Assembly (NCBI GenBank): GCA_033442325.1
Contig: JAWQFM010000005.1
Coordinates: 1,564,872 to 1,628,871, forward strand
DNA: 64,000 nucleotides
Source: Salpingoeca rosetta
Taxonomy: Eukaryota; Protista; Choanoflagellata
Direction of reading: 5' to 3'
Part shown: one piece after another, positions 54,301 through 64,000 of the stretch
Layout: each line of letters begins with the position of its first letter
Numbering within the stretch: the stretch's first letter is position 1
Made by a program: the position numbers and the translations under genes
The notes under the pieces: model-generated
The model's input: only the letters and a program-made list of their open reading frames with translations
Database searches by the model: none
What the model was told of the DNA's origin: nothing

Positions 54301-55298
54301 GTGTTTTGTTTGTGTCTTTCCTTCGAAACTCACGTTTGTTTGTCGCGAAACTCCTTGTGCGTCCCTTCTATGATCAGGACCGGGTTGGTGTGATTGATGT
54401 GCAATCGCTTGAAGAGTTGTGTGTTGTCACCTCCATGTTCCGGCTGCTCTCTCGCTACGGAACCACGCTGCGCACAGCCCTTGGCGCAAACGACCTCAGG
54501 TGCCCAACACAAACTGCGCACGTGCTTGCTTGTGTTTTGTTTTCGTGTTTTTTTTTTACTTGTTTGTTTTGGGGGGGGGGGGGGGGGGGGTTTTTTTTTT
54601 GCTTTTCGTCCTCCCCACACATACACACTTACTTACACGAATATTGATGCACACGCAAATGCGCGTGTTTGTGGTTGTCCACTGCAGGGTTCAGCACCAG
54701 ATGGTGTCGCTCGCGGTTAAGTACTCCAAGCCAGGGGCGTGGCGGTCCACCCAGCACTGCTCGCAACTGGAGAAGCGCACCATGGAGACATATGTCAACC
54801 AAATTGTCTTCAATGCGCTCTCATACATGCGCACGCGGATGGATGAAGGTGCGCTGATTGCGTGTGGCGTGTTCGAACTCGCTTTGCTGATGTTTTTTTT
54901 TTTTGCTCGATTGTTTGTTTGTTTGTTTGGTTGGTTGGTTGGTTGGTTGGTTGATTGATTGGATTGTTCGTTCGTTTTGTGTGCTAGGATGGGAGTGTTG
55001 CGATTTGTTAGCACTCAATTTCGCACAAACCCGCTCTCACCCACCTTCGCCCAAGCCCGCTCTCACCCACACTTCATCTCTCTCTTGTTGAATGTAGACT
55101 GTGCTCGCACATACACGCGCAGCAACATCAACTTGGTCCTGTATCCCAGCATCACACAGACGGTTGAGGACAAGCCAACTCTCCACATTCTTGTCGTGCA
55201 CATGGAACAAGCCAACGAAACACGCAGGGTACGTGAGGACCGATGAGATGTTTTGCATGCGATTGGGCTTGCGCGTCATTTGTGCACACATGCGTGCG

Positions 55299-55363
<65 letters not shown>

Positions 55364-56471
55364 GCTGTTGGATAGCTGTGACGGAACAGATGCTCACTAG
55401 ATGTTGGTCGCATGATGCATTTGCCTGCCACACACAGGCTGCCGTGCAAGCGATTGAGAGCCACGAGGACAGTTTGCGCCGCGTGGAGGAGCTGAGTCGG
55501 GAAACGCTGCTGGAGGTATGATTGTATCCAGCGCCAATGGGCATTCACGTCGTCACTCCAGAGGTGTTGTCAGTCACCATTCCTGCTCGCCATGTTTGTT
55601 CGTTGATTTAAACATGTATGTGCGTGTGCGTGCAGCTCGATGTTGACCCGGATGTTTCCCGCGAAGAGCAGCAGCAGCAAGCACGGACCACACTCGCTGC
55701 CCTGGTATGTCACCATTTTCTGGTGTTGCTGTGCTGATGATAATGTGTGACATCATACCAGTTGCGCCTAGCACAGTATGCGCTTTTGATCGACACGCGC
55801 GTTGCTCTTGTTGTCTGCGCCGCACACGAACCACGCACATGCTTGTGTTCACACTCACGCACATATGCATGCATGCACGAATTCACACGTGAGCAGATTA
55901 CGGAAGCGAAGCGAACGAAAGCGCTTGCGTTTATGATTCTGGAAACGTCTCTGTACATTCTGTGGCGGCACTTGGAGGTGTACCTGCAGTACAACACCCT
56001 GCTCAAGGTGTGTGTGTGTTTGTATGACATTGTGATGACATGCAATCAGTGTGTGCATGGGTGCAATATGAGGGAGAGTTGTGTCTGCTCAGCCACGCCT
56101 TCCTGAATGGCGAACGTTCCTCAGGGAAGCGCCGTGTCGCAGCAACCAACAGCCAAGGGACCCCGCCGTCTTCGAGGTACGATTCTGTGTGCAGGTGTCT
56201 CTGTTGGATCCCTCTGCCTGTGCGTCTATGTGTGATGGCTTGCTCTCTGCACACACTCCAGCTCACATACGAAACAAACAACAACCCACCCTGTTTCCGC
56301 CGCTACTGCTGCTGCTGTTGCTGCTGCTTGTTATCACACCAGCTGGGCTGTTTGGTCAGCCTGTTGAGCGCCAGTCCTTCATGGACGACATGGCCACGGA
56401 TGAAGAGGAGCTCCCTGTTGGCCTTCATCTCGAGGTCAGGGGCTGTGTCATCTGTAATCAATCGCCCATGC

Positions 56472-56503
<32 letters not shown>

Positions 56504-57025
56504 GCCTGGTACGAGCGCACGACTACTGCTCTGAACTCTTGCCACTGGCGGTTGCCTCAAGTTGCTGACGCCAGCTACACTCCTTGCCGTGTCGCTGTTG
56601 TTGGTGATAACACCGATGCTGGAATTGCAGGCCATCAGCGCGGATGAAATTTCGACGCTGAGGCGCGAAGTGGATGCATCACGCACGCTCTCCGTCAAGC
56701 AAGGCAGCCTCTTGCACAACCTCGTCGAGGAGGAGGTAGGTGTGTGTGTGTGTGTATCTGTGTGTCTGGTGTCTGTGTGGCTTTGTGTGTTGACTTACGT
56801 GTGCCGTTTGTTACCCATCAACGAGAGTGTTGTTCTGAAGTGCATGCACTATTGGCACTATCGACATAATCACTCACTTCACAAGCGGGTGCCCACACAC
56901 GTGCACAGGCCGCGCGTGCTGCATCGCAAAGTGGGGCGGAGCGCATGGCCAGCAGGGGGATGCTGGATCCCATTGTCAAGCGCATGAAGCGCCTTCGCGT
57001 CATGCTGCAGTCTTCCAACAACTAG
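44302..57025 (+). CDS. NUP205: Nucleoporin Nup205/Nup192; many exons
   Basis: Large helical protein: [110 protein letters not shown]. Confidence 0.88.
52001..52080. repeat. (CTTCCCTCT)n 9-bp pyrimidine repeat in NUP205 intron 51842-52117
   Basis: Directly visible; lies just upstream of the acceptor. Confidence 0.85.
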
Positions 57026-57371
57026 TTGTCGCCTGACACCACCGATACTGCGTTTGACGTTGTGTTGTGTTTGTTGTGTTGTGCTTGATTGGACTTGTGC
57101 TGCTTGTGCGCCGCGCACAGTGATGTGGCGTGGTGTTGTGGATTGACTGCACTGAGTTGACTGGCGTTGCTAGAGGTTGCTGTTTGTTGATGGTGTATTT
57201 TGCTTGTTGTGGACTTGTGTTGAAAAGGGCAATGACTGGGGTGAAAAGCAAACAGTAAAACCAAGCCCGTTGACCTCTGACAAGTGACCTATGCAGGTGA
57301 CCAGCTTGCTCGTGACATGGCTTTGTCAGTTGCTCGAGATGCAGGCGTTGCTCGTGACTCACGGCGTCATA

Positions 57372-58464
57372 TTACCCGACAACAGCTTCAGAAAGTGCCA
57401 CGGGCCATTGGTCGCGCTTCGTTCGGAGATAATCAACCAGCTGTATGCACGTGTTCAAGACGTCGGTGGGGTTGAGATGATGGCGCGTGCACAGCAACCT
57501 TCCACAAAGGATATGAAGGAGTGAAGCAGACAGGCAGCAAATGCACCACACACACACACACGTATACATTACATACACCACACACACATTACTACATTAC
57601 ATACACCACACACAAATTACATACACCACACACACACACATATCACTCCACATACACGCATACACCACACGCATCACACCACATACATCACACACACCAC
57701 GCAAAGACAATGCGCGCACCTCCTTCATGGTTGATGCGGTAGTCTGCATCTGGTTGACCTTCCAGTGCTGCTGGGGAGTGAACTGCAGTGCATGATGTGT
57801 CGGTTGTCCCTGGTACACGACGCTCAAGACCACCGTCGATTGAGAGGTGCCGTACGGTCGCAGGAGGAAGGCGCCATCTTGCTTGCCACGAAGTTTGGCT
57901 GTTGCGCAATACATGTTCCAACCCCACGCGGTCATGGAGTTTTGTGCCAGGCCAATAATATGTTAGCACATGTGTATCTGATAGCGCGTGTGCGCACGTC
58001 AGCGTTTACCACGAGCGAATCAAGTGCAATGTGCACAGGGCGCAGCTGAGCCAACAAGCACATGCTTGATACACGATGATGCGCTTGTTGCATCAATAGT
58101 ACACACGAACGACCCTGCCTCTGCAGTACCCTTCATGCATTGCAAACGAGACCGCACGCACCTTCGGCCTGTGCCTTGGTCACGGCTGTGTGGAAATACG
58201 GCATGGCAGCCGCCAGAGACGTTGCAGTTGCTGGCGTGGAAGGCATTGGCGGTTGCACGAGCGTTTGTGTGGGCGCTTGCTGTGCAACGGCGGCCGTGCC
58301 ATTAGGGATACCGCTGGTGAGGGCAACGGGCCACCACGGTTGCTTCGACGACAACACTCTCAGCACCTGTGGTGAGGTGGTGTGATGTGGTGTAATGTGG
58401 TGTAATGTGGTATCATGCGGTGCAATGATACGAACATCACGGTCGTGAGCGACGCAATGATACC

Positions 58465-58534
<70 letters not shown>

Positions 58535-59725
58535 ATGCGGATGACACCCGCGGCGGTAATTGTGGTGCCGTGGTATTGCGTGTGCATGTTATTATGCGTG
58601 TAAGCAGTGGGTGGGTGGATGTCAAGCGTGCGCGAGTATGGGTCTTTACCCCATCAAGGGTGGATTGCGCCGTGTCGGTGCCATTCACGGCAAACATGCC
58701 CGATTGCTTGTTGGCAGCAATGAGATGGTGCGTTGGCGCGCCATTGTACACGACACCTACAAACGCAACATGGGTGCGGAGATACACGGCAAGGGGAAGA
58801 ATATGAGACCACGGCTGACGCTCAATCCGCCTTGATTTGTTGGTGGAGGTTGCGCTCTGCGCATGCTTCACTTGCATTGTCGTCGCGAAGCACAAGTGAG
58901 ATGCGGGCACACAGACAGCACACATGTCGGTGCACCGACAGAAGAAGACACACATGCGCGCACACGCAAATGACAAGAAACCAAGGCAGCAACATTGTGA
59001 ACGTACTGAGCACATGGCCTGTGGGGTGAGGGCGCAGCAAGAAGGTGCCGTCAGGCTTGCCGGCCAACATTGCTGTGACAACACGGCAGTGGCGTGCGAT
59101 GGCAACGTCAATGGTGAGCGGATAAAACGACAGCGACACCGACACAGCGTGGGCGAGAAACACAGGTCGTGCTGTGCTGTGCATGTTGGGGAGGGACAGG
59201 CATGTGGGTTCTGTTTGTGTAACCTTGAGCAGCGTACCGTCTGCTTCGGCTTTGCGGGTGCTGGTGTGGTAGTAGAGGGATGACTGGCTCGTTTGAACTG
59301 GTGCTGGCTGCGTCGTTCTTGAGGTGCGGGGTGGAATCGGAGGCAAATCGCTTGGTTCAGGCGCTGGGTGTGATTGCTGCACTGGCAGTGGCTGTGGTTG
59401 TTGCACTGACAGGTCTGGCTGTGGTGTTGGTGGCTGCAGCGGCTGTTCCTGCTGTGCGTTGGTTTCTGTTGATGGCCCCTGCTTGTCTTGTGGATCAGTC
59501 GCAAGCCCCGTGCTGCCCTGGCTGTTGCTGGCGTTGTTGTCAGCGCTGTGTGTTTCTGGCTGGTCCTCTACACTCGGCGTACCCTCACCATCGCCATCGT
59601 CGTCAGAGTCGGCATCGCCAACACCACGGTTGTCCAGGGAGGCAAACAGCTCCTGTGGTGAGGTCACGGACGACCTGGAAGACTGCTTGACCAGGGCCTG
59701 TTGGAAGTCGTTGCCGTCACCCTGC
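57372..59725 (-). CDS. Pro/Gln-rich region followed by two tandem SH2 domains; 5' end not resolved (assembly gap)
   Basis: SH2-1 LYYHTSTRKAEA..MLAGKPDGTFLLRP..VVYNGAPTHHLI..WPVAL. SH2-2 PYFHTAVTKAQAEAKLRGKQDGAFLLRP..LSVVYQGQPTHH..LVDYLR..WPVAL. Both keep the FLxR arginine. Confidence 0.88.
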
Positions 59726-59777
59726 CTGGTGTTCCTGTCCCACAACATGTACATCCGGGTGAGCAACGCGTGTGTGC

Positions 59778-59856
<79 letters not shown>

Positions 59857-59860
<4 letters not shown>

Positions 59861-60228
59861 TACCTTAAGCGCTTGCCGACTAACCTGCTGCGGGTGCTGT
59901 AACTTTCAGCCCCGGGCATATATCGGTTGCTGCAGCTTCCATGCCAAGCTGAACCGACGGGCAACGCACGGCCATGCTAGGTGGATCAATGTATTCCACT
60001 GTAAATGCGTTCGCTGAATCTCATATAGTGCCCCCCCAGTTCACGATTAGAAAATATAGGGTTTCCCGCTCACGCTGAGGTGGTGGTCGGTACTTGAAAC
60101 AGCCAGAGGTACCTAACACTGCTTAGGATGCTAGAAAAGGTTACGACTAGGGTCGTTATGGACTGCTGGGCCCCGTCTGGGAACCGCAGATCCAATGTGA
60201 CTCGAACCTTTCTATAGACCAAGCAGCG
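59857..60228. mobile_element. Possible terminal (LTR-like) fragment of a transposable element next to the gap
   Basis: Abrupt switch from (GT)n to non-repetitive, more TA-containing sequence beginning TG.. and running into the gap. No transposon protein motif is visible. Confidence 0.25.
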
Positions 60229-60328
60229 NNNNNNNNNNNNNNNNNNNNNNNNNNNNNNNNNNNNNNNNNNNNNNNNNNNNNNNNNNNNNNNNNNNNNNNN
60301 NNNNNNNNNNNNNNNNNNNNNNNNNNNN
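60229..60328. other. Assembly gap (100 N, true size unknown)
   Basis: Run of N. Confidence 1.
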
Positions 60329-60367
<39 letters not shown>

Positions 60368-60384
60368 GTGTCGTGTCGTGTGTG

Positions 60385-60421
<37 letters not shown>

Positions 60422-60490
60422 CGTGTGTGTGCGTGTGTGTCTATGTGTGTTTATCTGACAGCAGGCAAGAGGTGCTGCATTGTTACAACA

Positions 60491-63361
60491 TCAACTGCAG
60501 GCCTTTAACCGATACAATCCTTTGTATCGTGTACAAATGTGTGTGTGTGTGTGGTGGTACTGATACCTATGAGATGGGGACGTGTCGAAGCAGGTGGCGG
60601 GTTTTGCATTGGGCTTGCCTTGGGTGGGAAACAACTCAAAGAACAGCTGTGAAGATAGGAGTCGTGTATGCGGATGAACGTATGTGAGTGCTCGCGTTGA
60701 AAGGTTGGGGAAAGGGAGACAGGCGTGTTTGCAGTACATGCACGCAACACGCTTGGCACATGGCGGGTTTGTAAGGCATGACTGATGCAAGGCAGTGTCA
60801 ATAACCAATAAGCAGCAGCTTCCTTTCCGAATCTGCACTGCAAACAGCAGCGCTTACCTTGGGTTCGTTGTGCTGCATGACGCTGAGGATCGGCGTGTCG
60901 AGAGTGCGGCCATTCTCCTGCATGTAGTGGACGGCGCAGTTGAACGCGTTCACTCGCAACGCAGGATCAACGCCCTGTCCAAACCAAACCGCAACACCAT
61001 AGCCATCGTCTACATGTATGTTGCATGGGTGTTTGGGCGAAAGGTGAATGGATGGTCACCACATGTTCTGATACACGCACTGATCTGCAGGTCGAGTCAC
61101 ATGCCGCACCATGTACCACACACCGCACACCACGCACCACGCATGCACGCATGCACGCATGCACGCACGACTCACCGAGGAGAAAGATTTGTGTGGACTG
61201 AAGGAAGCCTTCCAGGAGCCCTTGTTGCACACGGTCTCCAATCGCCAACTGTTGTGTAAGGGGATACACAAGGGGGACGGAGAGTTGGGTAGTGAGTGTG
61301 CATATATGCGTGTGCGCGTGCACGTGCGTGAGTGTGTGTGTGTGTGTGCGCGCGTGCCCGTGCGTGTTTGTGTATGTGTTTGCCCGTGTGTGTGTACATA
61401 TCTATACACAAAGCTTGTGAATCTCAGATGGAGGGAGCATCTGAGTGTGCGCGTTGGCTGCCTCGTTTTCTCGTTTGCCACGCACCTCTGAAAGCGATGG
61501 TTGCGGTACAAGGGTCACTTGCATGAGACGTGCAACGCCTTGTGGGATGGCCTGTTCCGGGTCTGGAGCAGGCACCTCCACGTCATGCCATGTGCTGCCC
61601 AGCTTCTTGAAGAACTCGACCTCGTTATCAATGCCCTTGAACCAGTGCGTAACGCGCAGGAAAGGGGGAATGCATCGGGGTGAGCCAAGCGCCGCTTGCA
61701 CAAAACACAAAGCACAAAGCACAAAGCACAAAGCACAAAGCACAAAGCACAAAGCACACACAACAACAGCTCCGTTTGTCGACTCGACCGACAAGCAGAA
61801 GCTGTACCCACACATGTAATACAGCCTCCTTTGGGGGGGGGGGGCTTGCATCGTTACGCAGCGCTCACCTGGTCCAGGAACTCCCGGCTTGGTTTGCCTT
61901 CTCGCTCATCGACCAGCCGCTGTGTGACGCCTTGCGCCTGTATGTTGTGTTGGTCGCATGCAAGATGCAGCACGCGCGAGAAAACAACAACCACGTCAGT
62001 GAATGAACGCGATGCACACCACACATGAATGCGTGCGTTTCGCACACTCACACGAGCGTTTGTGAAACATGACATGACTGAACGTACCAGAATCTTGTCT
62101 CTGGGCGTTGTGTTGCGACCATGCCAGAGCACAATGTTGAGGCCTTCGTCGATGAGGAACGAGTCTGTCACGTTGAGGCTGTCCGTGCTGATCTCGACCT
62201 CACGGGTGATGGCGCACCGCCTACCACGGCCGAGTCCTTTCACCTGGATCCTGAAAAACCGCGGCTTGTACGCCTTCGGCTTCTTGGTGCTGAAGCACTT
62301 CTCGGCGGGGCCGTTGAGCACCATGAAGCCGGGGAAGAAGGACAGGAACGACAGGCTCTCGCGGCCCATGACCTCCCGATACAGAACAGCCTGTGGCTCG
62401 CGCTGGTTTGCTCGCAAGGCCAAGTACGTGGCCAGCGCATACTGCTCCTGAGTTGCATCAGCTCCCACCCAAACAAACACCTAGAAAGCAGCCCGATACC
62501 ACACGTGGCACGTCAGCTGATGAATGCAACTGACAAGAACGAGTTGTGCGTCGACAAGAATACAAGGAGAGGGAGAAGGAGGAAAGGCAGGGGGATGGGA
62601 ACGTGACAGGGGAGGAATGCCTGAAGACACCTGGGTGCAGAGTCAACGTGAGAGGGCATAGTGTACTCAGCCACCACCTACGTGGGTCTTCCGGTCATTC
62701 TTCAGGGTACGGACGATCACGTAGCAATCAGCGCTGAAGAAGATGCCAATCTTGTGCTCCGGGAGCAGCTGCGTCGTGGTTGCGTCCTTGATGCGCCATG
62801 CTCGCGTGCCCTCCTCCTTCAGTCGCTTCCACTGTGTGTGAGTGTGCGTGGGGATTGGGGGTTGGGGGGTTGGTGCGCGTGAGAGAGTGAGTGTGTGGTG
62901 TGGGTGTGAGTGGGTGTGAGTGTGTGTGGTGTGTGTGGTGTGTGTGGTGGGGCGGGGGAGATGAGAAAGTGAGTGTGTGGTGCGGGTGTGAGTGTGTGGG
63001 TGTGTGCATGTATGTGCGGTGTGGTATGCATGTGTGTGTGTTTGTTTGTTTGGTGGAGCAGCGAGAAGACGAGCAGGACAAGCTTGGGCGTGTGGCGAGT
63101 TTGGGGATGAGTGTGGTGGTGAGTAATGTTCCTGAGTCGTATCTGTGGTCGACCCGAAGCAATGACAGACGGCTCGGATAGGGCGTCAAGGGAAAGAAAG
63201 TGCCGTCGTCAGCCTGACACTGCCGGCGGCAGGGATGAGACAAGGGACGGGGAAGGGAGAGCAGCACTCACAAAGTCTGCGCCGATGGACTTGAGGGCCT
63301 TCTTCTCCACTTGCGCGTCAAGAGCGCCAAGCGTGACGCAGCTCAGGTCAAGCCTTGTCAT
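60491..63361 (-). CDS. Three-domain gelsolin-family (severin/fragmin-like) actin-binding protein; 3' end uncertain
   Basis: G1 AWRIK..GIFFSADCYVI..FVWVG..YREVMGRESLSFLSFF. G2 YKPRFFRI..SLNVTDSFLIDEG..WHG. G3 QIFLLDDGYGVAVWFG..TPILSVMQHNEP. Confidence 0.85.
61706..61755. repeat. (CACAAAG)n heptamer repeat in a gelsolin intron
   Basis: Directly visible in the sequence. Confidence 0.85.
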
Positions 63362-63609
63362 GGGGTTGGGTTTTGCACAAGCAATGCAAACAAGCGACGC
63401 GTCACAGTGTGCTTGCAGTTGTGGGCGGTGACACGGTGGTGGTGGTGGTGATGATGATGATGATGATGATGATTGTGGTGGTGGTGAATTGGGGCAAGGG
63501 GCGGGGCTTTGGCAACAACAGCGCACCCAACCAAACAAAATTCGCCCTCGTCCAAAAATTTCATGCTGTCTGGTGCGTGGGTGGGTTGTAGCCCGTGGGT
63601 TGTACCAGC

Positions 63610-63678
<69 letters not shown>

Positions 63679-63780
63679 ACGACAGTGATAAGCTTTGTGT
63701 ACATCCATTCCATCACCTCAGCGGCAACTTGGGTTGTTTATTGCGGAAGCGTGATTGGGGAGCACTGGAGCACGTGCGAC

Positions 63781-63885
63781 CTATTTAGAGTCCGCGGGCG
63801 CATCATGGAGCGACTCGGTGCCAAAGTTAACCAAGTCCTTGAACCATTCTTTCGTGTACACCTGGTACATGAGAGGCCGGTACTT
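63781..63885 (-). CDS. Last exon of an unidentified gene extending beyond the window (KYRPLMYQVYTKEWFKDLVNFGTESLHDAPADSK*)
   Basis: cag acceptor after a microsatellite intron; coding-like composition; TAG stop. Confidence 0.55.
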   Translation of the reverse strand, partial: KYRPLMYQVYTKEWFKDLVNFGTESLHDAPADSK

Positions 63886-64000
63886 CTGTTCAAGCACAAG
63901 CGTGGAAGCACAAAAGCACACAGACACAGACAGACACACAGAAACGCAGACACAGACAGACAGACAGAAACGCAGACACAGACACAGACAGACAGACACA

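Overview
Intron-rich eukaryotic DNA with (GT)n/(CA)n microsatellites in most introns and one 100-N scaffold gap. Composition and gene content (tandem SH2, ECSIT, UBAC1, SMIM30) best fit a choanoflagellate such as Salpingoeca rosetta; this is inferred, not verified. Almost all short ORFs in the supplied track are microsatellite read-through (CVCV/HTHT) or antisense shadows. Manual splicing gives about 18 genes: a partial unknown gene, an MRM1/RlmB-type rRNA methyltransferase, a TM-ankyrin-JmjC(JMJD8-like) protein, an HSL-family esterase with polyQ, a 57-aa SMIM30-like microprotein absent from the ORF track, UTP6, UBAC1, PrimPol, an inverted pair of secreted Cys-rich/glycosyltransferase-like paralogues, ECSIT, a Raw/OLRN-1-like protein, a C-terminally incomplete DXO/Rai1, a multi-pass membrane TIR protein, NHP2, NUP205, a tandem-SH2 protein, a severin/gelsolin-like protein and the last exon of another gene. 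Best candidates for undescribed biology: (1) the LRR-less 2TM-TIR-TM protein, head-to-head with DXO and next to Raw and ECSIT; (2) the inverted paralogue pair, with divergent Cys-rich N-terminal peptides ending in GKR and a 346-bp conversion tract starting exactly at GKR; (3) frame-compatible ECSIT-Raw and gelsolin-SH2 fusions; (4) divergent gene pairs with ATGs only 37-73 bp apart. All family calls come from recalled motifs; no database search was run.
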